Assembly: GCA_016217905.1 (NCBI GenBank)
Contig: JACRFL010000002.1
Coordinates: 18,817 to 82,816 of the forward strand
Length of the DNA: 64,000 nucleotides
DNA from: Candidatus Kaiserbacteria bacterium
GTDB lineage: Bacteria > Patescibacteriota > Minisyncoccia > Phycocordibacterales > Phycocordibacteraceae
Direction of reading: 5' to 3'
The notes below the pieces were generated by a model. It had not been told where the DNA came from and searched no databases. It was given only the letters and a program-made list of their open reading frames with translations. Each line of letters begins with the position of its first letter. The stretch's first letter is position 1. This document shows, piece after piece, positions 39,008-48,144 of this stretch. Both the position numbers and the translations under genes were made by a program.

Positions 39008-39274
39008 TTATTTCTTCAACCCCAATTTCTTGATAAGCGCATTGTAGCGGCGCTTGTCGGAAGTCTCAAGATAGCGCAAGTGAGAGCGGCGGTCGGCGAC
39101 CATCTGGAGCAGTCCCCGGCGGGAATGAAAATCCTTCGGGTTCTTCTTCAGATGCTTCGCAAGCTCGTCGATCTGCTTTGAGAGAAGCGCGACCTGCACA
39201 TCCGGCGAGCCGGTGTCCATGTCGTGCCGGGCGGTGCTTTTCATAACCGCCATCTTCTTCTTCGTGGTAAGCAT
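39008..39274 (-). CDS. rpsO: 30S ribosomal protein S15
   Basis: DTGSPDVQVALLSKQIDELAKHLKKNPKDFHSRRGLLQMVADRRSHLRYL. Confidence 0.9.
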   Translation of the reverse strand: MLTTKKKMAVMKSTARHDMDTGSPDVQVALLSKQIDELAKHLKKNPKDFHSRRGLLQMVADRRSHLRYLETSDKRRYNALIKKLGLKK

Positions 39275-39365
39275 GAGTAAAGCCACCTTACCACGCCTTG
39301 CGAAAATGTGCAAGTGACGCAGAACGCGATCTGCGCACAATATTCTGCGTTATACTACAGTTACG

Positions 39366-40286
39366 ATGAACGTCGAAAACGCGAAACGGCAATTTCTTGA
39401 ACACACCGAGATAGAGCGCGGCCGCGCAGTGAAGACCGTCGAGAACTACGACCGCTACCTTTCGCGCTACTTCGCGCAGATGGATATCAAAGACATCGGC
39501 GACATCAGCGAAGAGAGCGTCCGCGCATTCCGCCTTTGGCTCAACCGCCAGCCGGGAACGAATACCGACTCAATGAAGCGCCGCACGCAGAATTACTACA
39601 TGATCGCGCTCCGTGCTTTTTTGAAGTTCCTCCGGAAGCGCGATGTCGAGGCCATCAGTCCTGAGAAAATAGAGCTTGCGAAGCTCCCCGAGCGCCAGCT
39701 CGACCTTATTACCACGGCCGAGCTTGAGCGGCTTATGCAGGCGCCGCGGGAGGCGTTTGAAAAGGAAAAGGATCCCGATAAAGCAAGGAATTATTTGCGC
39801 GACCGTGCCATCCTCGAACTCCTCTTCTCGACCGGGCTGCGCGTGTCCGAGCTCTGTTCGCTTAATTCCGATATCGACCTATCGCGCGACGAGCTCTCGG
39901 TGCGTGGCAAGGGCGAGAAGGTGCGCGTCGTCTTCCTCTCGAGCGCTGCCAAGGAGGCGGTGCGGAATTATTTGAAAGCGCGAGACGACATGGAGGAAGC
40001 GCTCTTTGTCGACGGGCGGCCGAACAAGCTGCACCGCATTATCCCGCGTGACATCCAGCGGCACTTGAAGGCGTACGTCGCGCGCGCGGGCATCACAAGC
40101 GTGGTCACTCCCCACACCCTTCGCCACGCCTTTGCGACCGACCTGCTCTCTAACGGCGCCGATATCCGCTCGGTCCAACAGCTCCTCGGCCACGCCTCCA
40201 TCAACACCACGCAGATCTACACGCACATCACCGACAGTCATTTGCGAGAAATACACAAGAAGTACCACTCGCGTTCGAGAGGTTAG
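39366..40286 (+). CDS. xerD: Tyrosine site-specific recombinase XerC/XerD family
   Basis: N-terminal SAM-like core-binding domain. Catalytic region with R...HTLRHAFATDLLSNGADIRSVQQLLGHASINTTQIYTHI (R-H-R-Y). Confidence 0.85.
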   Translation: MNVENAKRQFLEHTEIERGRAVKTVENYDRYLSRYFAQMDIKDIGDISEESVRAFRLWLNRQPGTNTDSMKRRTQNYYMIALRAFLKFLRKRDVEAISPEKIELAKLPERQLDLITTAELERLMQAPREAFEKEKDPDKARNYLRDRAILELLFSTGLRVSELCSLNSDIDLSRDELSVRGKGEKVRVVFLSSAAKEAVRNYLKARDDMEEALFVDGRPNKLHRIIPRDIQRHLKAYVARAGITSVVTPHTLRHAFATDLLSNGADIRSVQQLLGHASINTTQIYTHITDSHLREIHKKYHSRSRG

Positions 40287-40338
40287 TGACACATACAATT
40301 TCAGAAACGGAAACGAAGAGGCGCCGCGTGCGCGGCGC

Positions 40339-40611
40339 CTAGTCATCATGCATTATTGCCCACTCCACTTCGCCTCGGTCGTCAAACCCGAAGCACAAAT
40401 AAATCTCTTCAAAACCGTAAGTCGGGAGACATTCGTTTGCGCAGTCGATGATGTCGAGCAACGGCACAACGAGCCTTCTCCCTTCTTGCTCGAGACCGAT
40501 AAGGATACTTTCGCTCGCCTTAGGATCGATTAGTATCCCCCAATTGCCGTAATCGGCGTCTTCGGATTCTTGCATGAACCCCACGAGCTCGCGGATCGTA
40601 AAAAGAGACAT
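40339..40611 (-). CDS. Hypothetical small protein
   Basis: ORF of 90-110 aa with no recognisable motif. Start ambiguous (40611 or 40671). Confidence 0.3.
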   Translation of the reverse strand: MSLFTIRELVGFMQESEDADYGNWGILIDPKASESILIGLEQEGRRLVVPLLDIIDCANECLPTYGFEEIYLCFGFDDRGEVEWAIMHDD

Positions 40612-40700
40612 AGTCACCTCGCGTGAATGAGCATCCGGACCCCACTTTACGCCAATATCACAACGAGGCAAGCCACGTCATTGCGGTATACAATAGCCGT

Positions 40701-41471
40701 ATGAAAATCGTCTCGTGGAATGTAAATGGTCTGCGCTCGCTCGCCAAGGACGGCTACTGGGAATCCTTCTTGAAGGGCATAAAGCCGGACATCTTCTGCT
40801 TGCAAGAGACCAAGGCGAACCCGGAGCAGCTCGGAGAGGAGTTCCTCTCTCCTGACGGCTACTCGGCATTTTTCTCCTCTTGCCGGGTACGCAAGGGTTA
40901 CAGCGGCGTCGCATTGTATTCAAAGATTGAGCCTCTCAAAGTTATTTACGGCCTGGGAATACAGGAATTTGACCAAGAAGGTCGCTTTATCGGCGCTGAA
41001 TACGAAGACTTCTGGCTCTTAAACGCGTACTTCCCCAACGCCGGTCAAGGCCCCGAGCGGCTTGATTACAAATTGCGTTTCTATGACGCCTTCCTCGCAT
41101 TCGCGGAGAAATTGCGCGAACAAAAGCCGGTCATTTTCTGCGGTGATGTGAACACCGCACACGAGGAGATAGACCTCGCCCGGCCCAAAGAAAATGACGC
41201 AAACACTGGCTTTCTCCCCGAAGAGCGCGCCTGGATAGACGAGGTCGTGAGCGCCGGCTACGTCGACTCCTTCCGCCATTTCCATCCCCACACCAAGGAG
41301 GCCTACAGCTATTGGGACTTGTTTACCCACGCCCGCGACAGAAACATCGGCTGGCGTCTCGACTACTTCTTCGTCGCGAGTGAATTTATAAAACATATTA
41401 AAAAAGCCGAGATCCACCCAGACATTTACGGCTCCGACCACTGCCCTGTCTCGATTACCATCTCTTCTTAA
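40701..41471 (+). CDS. xth: Exodeoxyribonuclease III (AP endonuclease, EEP family)
   Basis: MKIVSWNVNGLRS..., QETK, ..GDVN..H..IDL.., SYW and a C-terminal GSDHCP motif. Confidence 0.9.
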   Translation: MKIVSWNVNGLRSLAKDGYWESFLKGIKPDIFCLQETKANPEQLGEEFLSPDGYSAFFSSCRVRKGYSGVALYSKIEPLKVIYGLGIQEFDQEGRFIGAEYEDFWLLNAYFPNAGQGPERLDYKLRFYDAFLAFAEKLREQKPVIFCGDVNTAHEEIDLARPKENDANTGFLPEERAWIDEVVSAGYVDSFRHFHPHTKEAYSYWDLFTHARDRNIGWRLDYFFVASEFIKHIKKAEIHPDIYGSDHCPVSITISS

Positions 41472-41717
41472 TTATTTATACGTATACGTAGTATCGTTCC
41501 TTCGACCGACAAATTCGATTTTGACCGTGTTGTGTGTGGTATAAGAAAAAATGACCCGGATATCGCCCTTCCGCACGCGGTACATATTTTCCGTTCCTTT
41601 GAGTTTTTTCACATTCAACCCGATGAGATCATTGCGGCTTAAACGCGCGATTAGGATATTCAGAGATTCACGCTCCTTCTTTGTCAGTGAGTTGAGAAAT
41701 TTATTTATTTTTTGCAT
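41472..41717 (-). CDS. Type II toxin, RelE/ParE superfamily
   Basis: NMYRVRKGDIRVIFSYTTHNTVKIEFVGRRND matches YRVRVGDYRIIY...VGHR. Its stop codon abuts the xth stop. Confidence 0.7.
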   Translation of the reverse strand: MQKINKFLNSLTKKERESLNILIARLSRNDLIGLNVKKLKGTENMYRVRKGDIRVIFSYTTHNTVKIEFVGRRNDTTYTYK

Positions 41718-41970
41718 CGAATCGCTTCATTGCAGTAATAAATTTATCTATTGACATACCGCCTTCCTTTCTGAAATCGACAACCGTCTCCCAAGTGCCC
41801 TCGTCACCCCACTCGTCCACTGGGACCAGCTTGAAGACCGGCCGAGAGCGGCGTACGACCGTAAACGATTTGCCCTGTTCCGTCTGGCGAATATAGGTAC
41901 TCATATTCTCCCGGAGCTCCTTGAGCCCGATAATCCGCTGTACCTTTTTTGTTGCGATAGCCATATGCAC
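41701..41970 (-). CDS. Phd/YefM-family antitoxin
   Basis: IGLKELRENMSTYIRQTEQGKSFTVVRRSRPVFKLVPVDEW matches the Phd/YefM N-domain. Overlaps the toxin start. Confidence 0.65.
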   Translation of the reverse strand: MHMAIATKKVQRIIGLKELRENMSTYIRQTEQGKSFTVVRRSRPVFKLVPVDEWGDEGTWETVVDFRKEGGMSIDKFITAMKRFDAKNK

Positions 41971-42018
41971 GAAGTTTATCTAAAGATAATCTTCCCGTCA
42001 ATGGGTTATATACACGCC

Positions 42019-42067
42019 CACGACATTCTACGGCTCCGACCACTGCCCCGCCTCCATTTCGCTCTAA
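42019..42067. repeat. Relic duplicate of the xth 3' end (diverged; 26/27 nt core identity gacatt(c)tacggctccgaccactgccc, frameshifted by 1 nt, ends in TAA)
   Basis: Without the extra C it reads DIYGSDHCPASISL*. The genuine xth end is DIYGSDHCPVSITISS*. Confidence 0.5.
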
Positions 42068-42346
42068 AGGACAGTCCGCGGAGCGGACTGAGCAGGTTAT
42101 CCACACTGTGTCCTTTACAGTGTCTTTTATGAGAATATACTCAACAGAGGACGGGATGTTCTTTATTGATCTGTCCGGCATCAGATGCGCCAGACGAGGC
42201 ACCTGCCACCGCTGCGCGGCGATCCGCGACACAAGCCCTTTGGCACGGTGTTCCTTAGTCGGAGCGCCAGCATGCATTAAGCAAAAAGCTGCCCCACTCT
42301 CTGGTCGGAGACCCTATCATTCACGCCCCTGCTCCTTTTTGTCTCC

Positions 42347-42368
42347 GGCCGCTCTGGGCGGCTTTTTT
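42347..42368 (+). terminator. Intrinsic terminator-like hairpin (GCCGC-TCTGG-GCGGC then TTTTTTG)
   Basis: GC stem plus a T-run on the plus strand, downstream of the xth relic. Confidence 0.4.
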
Positions 42369-42420
42369 GTTCCACGTGGAACTTATTTCATATACAACTA
42401 TGGAAGTCAGACTTCGATAG

Positions 42421-43890
42421 TTAACACACATGGTGCTTCTCCATTATGTGCTTTATTTCCTCATCTTCTGCGGCCTCCCTCCTCTGCTTCCCTGCTTCGC
42501 CAAGCGCCCTCAGCTCATCTTCGGATAGTTTCAGTAGTTTTTCGGTCTTTGTGTCAAGATATTCCTCGGTATTTTTATCAGCATCATCAAGTATTTCCTC
42601 AAGGAGGGCGTTGAGTGCCCAGCCAATCTTCGGTCCAGGGTTCACGTGGAACTTTTCCATGATATGTGAGCCATCTGTCTTAAGCATCTTGACTGAAATG
42701 GGATCGCGAAGTGCCTGATCAACCATCGCCTTGTACTTACGAAAGCGGAAGGGCTGCTCCTTTGGCCTGCCGGTGCCTATGCGGTCACAGATACGGAGAT
42801 TGAGCAGGTCCCAGATGTTCTCCTCACCAACGTTCGTTATCATCCTGCGGACTGCCGAGAGGGTAATCTGCTCCGGATCAGAGAAGAACATATGCCACCT
42901 CACTAATTTGACGACTTTTTCTATAGTCTCCCGCGGGAAGTGAAGATTTTCGAGCGCCTTCTTTGTTACACGTGAACCAACGACCTCGTGCCCATGGAAG
43001 GTCCAATCCTTCTTCTCCTCCGACCAGCGACGAGTCTCCGGTTTCGATATGTCGTGGAAGAGTCCGGCGAGGCGAATGTCAAAATCCCAGTTCTTGTCGG
43101 CCCCATGTTGCATGGTACGCAAATTGTGTTCAAAGACATCATACGAATGCGCCTGATTCTGCTTGACGCCGATGCCGCGGATAAGGTCTGGCACGATAAA
43201 TTTAAGGATTCCAAGCTGTTGTGCGAGGACAAGAGCGCTCATTGGCTGAGAAGAATTGAGAATTCTGGCGAGCTCATCCTTTACTCTTTCACGTGAAACG
43301 TGGTTTAAATGCTCGCTATTTTCGCTTATCGCCTTAGCGGTAGCGCCGTCTATGCCGAAGCCAAGCTCGGCGACGAAACGGACCGCACGGAGCACACGTA
43401 GCGCGTCTTCGTTAAAGCGCTCTGTCGGATTCCCTACTGCTCGCACGATTTTGTCCTTTATGTCCTTTTGACCCTCATGGGGGTCGACAATGTGTCCTTT
43501 AGAATCTTCAAGGGCGATTGCATTGATGGTAAAGTCGCGCCGCGCGAGATCTTCGATAAGCGACGTGTCGAAGGTGACTTGATCTGGCCGACGTTTATCA
43601 GAATATCCTGACTCAAGCCGATAGGGAGTTACTTCAACAATAGCGAGGCGCGAATCCTCTGCGCCTGTTTTCACCCCGACAGTACCGTAATCATTTTCAT
43701 AAAAAGAGTCAGGAAATACGGCTTGAATCTGCTCTGGGGAGGCATTGGTAGTGATATCCCAGTCCTTTGGCTCTAGCCCGATAATAAGGTCACGAACGCA
43801 TCCGCCGACCAAATAGGATTCATATCCCTCCCGCCGCAAACCGCTGGAGACAAGCTCAATTTCTTTCGGGATGCGGTAATGCATTTTCAA
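42421..43890 (-). CDS. cca: CCA tRNA nucleotidyltransferase / poly(A) polymerase family with HD domain
   Basis: GGCVRDLIIG..DWDIT head domain, then an HD-type region (RLAGLFHDISKP). Confidence 0.85.
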   Translation of the reverse strand: MKMHYRIPKEIELVSSGLRREGYESYLVGGCVRDLIIGLEPKDWDITTNASPEQIQAVFPDSFYENDYGTVGVKTGAEDSRLAIVEVTPYRLESGYSDKRRPDQVTFDTSLIEDLARRDFTINAIALEDSKGHIVDPHEGQKDIKDKIVRAVGNPTERFNEDALRVLRAVRFVAELGFGIDGATAKAISENSEHLNHVSRERVKDELARILNSSQPMSALVLAQQLGILKFIVPDLIRGIGVKQNQAHSYDVFEHNLRTMQHGADKNWDFDIRLAGLFHDISKPETRRWSEEKKDWTFHGHEVVGSRVTKKALENLHFPRETIEKVVKLVRWHMFFSDPEQITLSAVRRMITNVGEENIWDLLNLRICDRIGTGRPKEQPFRFRKYKAMVDQALRDPISVKMLKTDGSHIMEKFHVNPGPKIGWALNALLEEILDDADKNTEEYLDTKTEKLLKLSEDELRALGEAGKQRREAAEDEEIKHIMEKHHVC

Positions 43891-43941
43891 ATCGTATCAT
43901 AAACTCGTGTCTTCACTCGCTTGGTAGTACTATGAAGGCAC

Positions 43942-44013
43942 GCCATCGTGGTGAAATGGATATCACATCTGACTTCGGATCAGACGTTCCGGGTTCGAAT
44001 CCTGGCGATGGCA
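43942..44013 (+). tRNA. tRNA-Arg (anticodon TCG)
   Basis: Manual fold. Acceptor GCCATCG/CGATGGC. D-stem GTGA/TCAC. Anticodon stem TCTGA/TCAGA with loop CTTCGGA. T-arm CCGGG-TTCGAAT-CCTGG. 72 nt, no encoded CCA. Confidence 0.7.
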
Positions 44014-44055
44014 CTGGAAAAAGAAATGGACGACATGGTATTATGTCGCCCAGCA

Positions 44056-44129
44056 GCGGGTATGGTTCAATGGTAGAACATCTGGTTGCCAATCAGATGA
44101 TGGGAGTTCGATTCTCCCTACCCGCACCA
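44056..44129 (+). tRNA. tRNA-Gly (anticodon GCC)
   Basis: Manual fold. Acceptor GCGGGTA/TACCCGC. D-arm GTTC-AATGGTA-GAAC. Anticodon loop TTGCCAA. T-arm GGGAG-TTCGATT-CTCCC. Encoded CCA. 74 nt. Confidence 0.8.
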
Positions 44130-44262
44130 GAAAGGCGGAAAATGTGACCGCAAAACGACTTTTGTAGCTGTGCAAAAGTCTGTGGACATTGGGGATAAAG
44201 GACAGATGACTTTTGGAGGAGTCCGTGAAATAGTGAGGAAGTGAGCCATATTTCTAAAGGCC

Positions 44263-44658
44263 GTGGACATCTCTTCTAGGACTCGCAAAGAAGTCGGGGC
44301 GATCGGAGAAAAAACAGCCGCCGAGTACCTCCGGCGACATGGATTCGCCGTTGTAGATCACAACGTCGCACGCAAAACGGGGGAGATCGATCTCGTCGCG
44401 CAGAAGGAAAACACGCTGCATTTTGTCGAGGTGAAGACGATGCTCTCCGACGAATTTCCGGATGAAAAACATGCGGGAGACGATTATGACCCGTCTATCA
44501 ACCTGCACGAAGCGAAGATACGGAAAGTCGCGCGCACGGGGGAGTGGTATGTCCTTGAGCACGGATGGGAGGGGGAGTGGCAAGTGGACGGGTGCCTCGT
44601 GTGGCTGCGTCGCCGGGACGGCATGGGGAAAGTCCGCTATCTGCCACAAATCGTCTGA
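44263..44658 (+). CDS. yraN: YraN/UPF0102-family endonuclease-like protein
   Basis: GEKTAAEYLRRHGFAVVDHNVARKTGEIDLVAQKENTLHFVEVKT matches the UPF0102 pattern. Confidence 0.75.
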   Translation: MDISSRTRKEVGAIGEKTAAEYLRRHGFAVVDHNVARKTGEIDLVAQKENTLHFVEVKTMLSDEFPDEKHAGDDYDPSINLHEAKIRKVARTGEWYVLEHGWEGEWQVDGCLVWLRRRDGMGKVRYLPQIV

Positions 44659-44702
44659 CGATGCTACAGTGCGGGCAGCCCCTTGATATAGCTCGGGGCA
44701 AG

Positions 44703-44773
44703 CGGGCCGGAGTATGCCGGTAGTACGCGTCCTTTGGGAGGATGTAGACCGAGTTCAATTCTCGGCGGCCCGA
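44703..44773 (+). tRNA. tRNA-Pro (anticodon TGG)
   Basis: Manual fold. Acceptor CGGGCCG/CGGCCCG. Anticodon stem CGTCC/GGATG with loop TTTGGGA. T-arm CCGAG-TTCAATT-CTCGG. 71 nt, no encoded CCA. Confidence 0.65.
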
Positions 44774-44811
44774 TATACTCCTGAAACGTTTGCCCCGTTC
44801 ACGCACTTTCA

Positions 44812-45237
44812 TTGCCCGCTTGTGCAGGGGGGTCTGGTATGATTTACAGTATGAATAATCAAAAAATGGTTACGTGGATCTTGCGCGTTGCGGTTGCGGG
44901 CGAATTCATCGGACATGGCGTTTTCGCACTTCAAGGCAAAAAACAGTGGGTTGAGTGGTTTACCATTTTCGGCATTTCTGACGCAGGTGTAGCCACTCAA
45001 CTTCTGTTTTTCATTGGCCTTCTCGATATCGCGGTTGCGCTGGTTGTCCTTGTCTGGCCGGTTCGCGCGGTTCTGCTCTGGGCCGCGTTTTGGGGGTTTT
45101 GGACCGCGCTTATGCGCCCGATTGCTGGCGATCCGATCTGGGACTTCGTAGAACGTTGGGCGAACTGTGGCGCGCCTTTGGCGTTACTTCTCCTTGTTGG
45201 CTGGCCGAGGAGCTTGCGGGAGTGGTTTGGAAGATAA
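44812..45237 (+). CDS. Hypothetical 4-TM membrane protein (DoxX-like topology)
   Basis: Four hydrophobic helices; start may be the internal MNNQKMV. Confidence 0.45.
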   Translation: MPACAGGSGMIYSMNNQKMVTWILRVAVAGEFIGHGVFALQGKKQWVEWFTIFGISDAGVATQLLFFIGLLDIAVALVVLVWPVRAVLLWAAFWGFWTALMRPIAGDPIWDFVERWANCGAPLALLLLVGWPRSLREWFGR

Positions 45238-45255
45238 CGCCGCAATTCTTACGCA

Positions 45256-46377
45256 TCAGGGGAGTTGTGCGACGAGAACTGCCTCAAGAGCCGGTATCCG
45301 AAGGGAGAATTCAGTTATGACTGCCGAGATCGGCCCGGCGAGAAGCACGTCGAGCGCCCGGCCGGTCTCGCCTGCGTATGCGGCGCGAATGTAGGACGCC
45401 GTAATGGCGTCGAGTGCGCGGGTCTCCGTCGCGCCCTTAATGGTGCTCGTCGTGATGGTACCCACGAGCTCGCCCGAAGCGGAGGCGACTCCGCCGCCGG
45501 AAGACCCTTCCTGCGCGGCAGCCGAGCCGCCAAGCGCGAAGACATCGACGGTGTTCGTCGCGAACGTAAAAACGCCCTTCACTAGGCCGAACACGATCGT
45601 CGGAAAAAGTGACGATTGTATCTGATCCGCCGTAAGAAACTGTGCGCCGTACGAGGCGATGACGACCGGCGTTCCCTCGGAAGGCGGCGTCAACGCCAGC
45701 GGCACGGAAGGAAAGGTTTGGGGAAGCGGTGCGGATGTCGCGCTTTTTGTGATGGCAAGCAGCGCAAAATCGTATTCGCCTGTTCCTGTCGGCTCGATTT
45801 GTGCAATCACGCGCGCATTCGCGCTCACCCATGAGGGCGAGATGTAGGCGAGTGCCGCCCGATAGCGGTCGGCGGCCGGAGTGCCCGCGCGGATCGTGCA
45901 GGAAACGCCGCGGTCGGCGAGGAGGAAGTATTGCGCGATGTGGGCGTTGGTGAGGATGACGCCCTTCGGGTCGATCATCACCCCGCTGCCGCTTATGGAA
46001 TGCAGGCCGCTCCCGGAGGGGACGTAGCACAGGATATTCACGAGCGCGCTGCGCAGTGCCGAAGCGGCGGCATCGAGAGCGCCGGCAGACGAAGACGGCG
46101 CGGCGACTGGCGCCGGGGCGGGGACTTCTGCCGCGACGGGTTTTTCAGGCTTCTTCGGAGGCGTCTTATGTGTCGCGGGGGCGCTCGTCGCAGCGCTTGT
46201 TTCGGTTCTTGAAGAGTGACGTTCCGGCGAGGCTACGGAGAGCGACGGAGGGGACTCGGGAAGAGCGGATTCCGGAGGCGGCGAGGAGACCACGCCGCCG
46301 AAAAACGCCAGAGTGAAAACGCCGAAAAGAAGTGCGGCGATAATGCCGAGGTAGGGCGTGAAGCGCGACATATTCAT
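45256..46377 (-). CDS. Membrane-anchored trypsin-like (S1 family) serine peptidase
   Basis: N-terminal TM. His region GVILTNAHI. Ser region GSSGGGV (the GDSGGP-like motif). Pro/Ala-rich linker. Confidence 0.7.
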   Translation of the reverse strand: MNMSRFTPYLGIIAALLFGVFTLAFFGGVVSSPPPESALPESPPSLSVASPERHSSRTETSAATSAPATHKTPPKKPEKPVAAEVPAPAPVAAPSSSAGALDAAASALRSALVNILCYVPSGSGLHSISGSGVMIDPKGVILTNAHIAQYFLLADRGVSCTIRAGTPAADRYRAALAYISPSWVSANARVIAQIEPTGTGEYDFALLAITKSATSAPLPQTFPSVPLALTPPSEGTPVVIASYGAQFLTADQIQSSLFPTIVFGLVKGVFTFATNTVDVFALGGSAAAQEGSSGGGVASASGELVGTITTSTIKGATETRALDAITASYIRAAYAGETGRALDVLLAGPISAVITEFSLRIPALEAVLVAQLP

Positions 46378-46409
46378 ACGCTAGCGCAAAAATGCTATTC
46401 TCGCACTAC

Positions 46410-46480
46410 GCGGGACTAGTTTAGTGGCAGAACAGGAGGTTTCCAACCTTCTAGCGGGAGTTCGATTCTCCCGTCCCGCA
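46410..46480 (+). tRNA. tRNA-Gly (anticodon TCC)
   Basis: Manual fold. Acceptor GCGGGAC/GTCCCGC. D-arm GTTT-AGTGGCA-GAAC. Anticodon loop TTTCCAA. T-arm GGGAG-TTCGATT-CTCCC. 71 nt. Confidence 0.7.
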
Positions 46481-46510
46481 CAAAATCGTGAGGAGGAGTA
46501 CCATAGGCGC

Positions 46511-47638
46511 ATGGAACCCCTCGCTGCGCGGATACGGCCACAGACCCTCGACGAGGTCGTCGGGCAGGAGCATCTTGTGGGAGCAGGGAAGCCTTTGCGT
46601 GTTGCGGTAGAGAAGAAACATAAATTCTCATTCATCCTCTGGGGCCCGCCGGGGACGGGGAAGACGACCATTGCACGTATTTATGCGCGCGCGCTCGATG
46701 CCGAGCTCTTTGAGCTCTCGGCGGTCTCGGCAGGGAAGGATGACATTCGGGAAATTATTGAAAAGGATGCAGAAGAGAAGGATAAGGTGCTCTTTCTCGA
46801 CGAGATCCATCGCTTTAATAAAAGCCAGCAAGATTTTCTTCTGCCCTATGTCGAGAGCGGCGAGCTGACGTTCATCGGCGCGACCACAGAGAATCCCTCA
46901 TTCGAGGTCATCGCGCCGCTCCTCTCACGCTGCAGAGTGTTCGTGCTTGAGCCGCTCTCGGAGGAGGCGCTTCGCGCGATTGTTAAGAACACGAAGATAA
47001 AAGTGGATGACGATGCGTTCGACTGGTTGCTGGGGTATTCAAACGGCGACGCGCGCAAGGCGCTCGGGATGATGGAGGGGGCGAAGTCGTTGTATGGGGA
47101 GGTCACAGTCGAGACGTTGAATAAAGCGCTTGAGTCGCCGCACCTGCGCTACGACAAGAAGGGCGAAGAGCACTATGACACGGTGAGCGCGTTTATTAAA
47201 AGCATGCGCGCATCGCAGGCGGACGCGGCACTCTACTACCTCACGCGAATGATCGAAGCGGGAGAGGACCCGCTCTTTATCGCGCGCCGGATGGTGGTCT
47301 TCGCGAGCGAGGACATCGGTCTCGCCCAGCCCACCGCACTTGTGGTCGCAAATGCAGTCTTCCGCGCGTGCGAGACGATCGGCTATCCGGAATGCGCCAT
47401 CAATCTCGCCCACGGCGTCGCCTATCTCACGCAAGCGAAGAAAGATCGAGGTGCATACGACGCCCTTCGCGCCGCGCAAGCCGATGTGCACGCGTATGGC
47501 AACTTGCCAGTACCTAAAAAGATTCGTAATCCCGTGACGAAGCTGATGAAGGAGCTCGATTATGGGAAGGGGTATGAAAAATATGATAATGAGAGTTATC
47601 TGCCGGACGCATTGAAGAAAAATAAGTACTTGAAATAA
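46511..47638 (+). CDS. rarA: Replication-associated recombination protein A (AAA+ ATPase RarA/MgsA)
   Basis: [17 protein letters not shown] Walker A, FLDEIHRFNK Walker B/sensor and the MgsA C-terminal domain. Start set at MEPLAARIRP, preceded by GAGGAGGAG and downstream of the tRNA. Confidence 0.85.
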   Translation: MEPLAARIRPQTLDEVVGQEHLVGAGKPLRVAVEKKHKFSFILWGPPGTGKTTIARIYARALDAELFELSAVSAGKDDIREIIEKDAEEKDKVLFLDEIHRFNKSQQDFLLPYVESGELTFIGATTENPSFEVIAPLLSRCRVFVLEPLSEEALRAIVKNTKIKVDDDAFDWLLGYSNGDARKALGMMEGAKSLYGEVTVETLNKALESPHLRYDKKGEEHYDTVSAFIKSMRASQADAALYYLTRMIEAGEDPLFIARRMVVFASEDIGLAQPTALVVANAVFRACETIGYPECAINLAHGVAYLTQAKKDRGAYDALRAAQADVHAYGNLPVPKKIRNPVTKLMKELDYGKGYEKYDNESYLPDALKKNKYLK

Positions 47639-47680
47639 AACAACGCGGCGCCTCTGACGCCGCGTTGTTTAACACTGAAA

Positions 47681-47953
47681 TTATTTCACCGCGTCCTTGA
47701 GTGCCTTTGCAGGGCGGAACTTCGCGGTGCGGGTCGCCGCGATGTGGATCGTCTCGCCAGTTCGGGGATTGCGGCCCTGGCGCGCGGGGCGCGCTTTCGT
47801 CGCGAAGATACCAAGACCGGCAATCGATACTTCGTCGCCGGATTTGAGGCCGGAAACAATTGAATCGATCATGGTCTCGACGGCGCGTTCGGCGTCGGCC
47901 TTGGTGCTTCCGAGAACGCCGTGCACCTTGTCGACAATGTCTGCTTTGTTCAT
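47681..47953 (-). CDS. hup: DNA-binding protein HU
   Basis: MNKADIVDKV...GLGIFATKARPARQGRNPRTGETIHIAA. Confidence 0.9.
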   Translation of the reverse strand: MNKADIVDKVHGVLGSTKADAERAVETMIDSIVSGLKSGDEVSIAGLGIFATKARPARQGRNPRTGETIHIAATRTAKFRPAKALKDAVK

Positions 47954-48144
47954 GAGAATCTGCTAATTGCTAATCCCCACGACCACGCTGGGGTGGGTAT
48001 GAGAGAAAGTATAGGAAATGCGCCACATTGTGCAATAGGGCTTGCCAAGTGGTCGTGGATAGCGCGAAATCACGCTCCGATAGACCTCAATGGAAAAAAG
48101 AGCCCGGGAGCCGAGGCTCCCGGGAATTGTTTACCCGACGAAGA

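Noticed and set aside
41804-42277. 157-aa minus-strand ORF and 168-aa plus-strand ORF (42108..42614) in the xth relic to cca spacer.
   Set aside because: They span the xth relic and hairpin/terminator sequences and overlap each other. Their composition is biased (Gly/Arg/Pro) and they have no recognisable domain, so they are likely non-coding.
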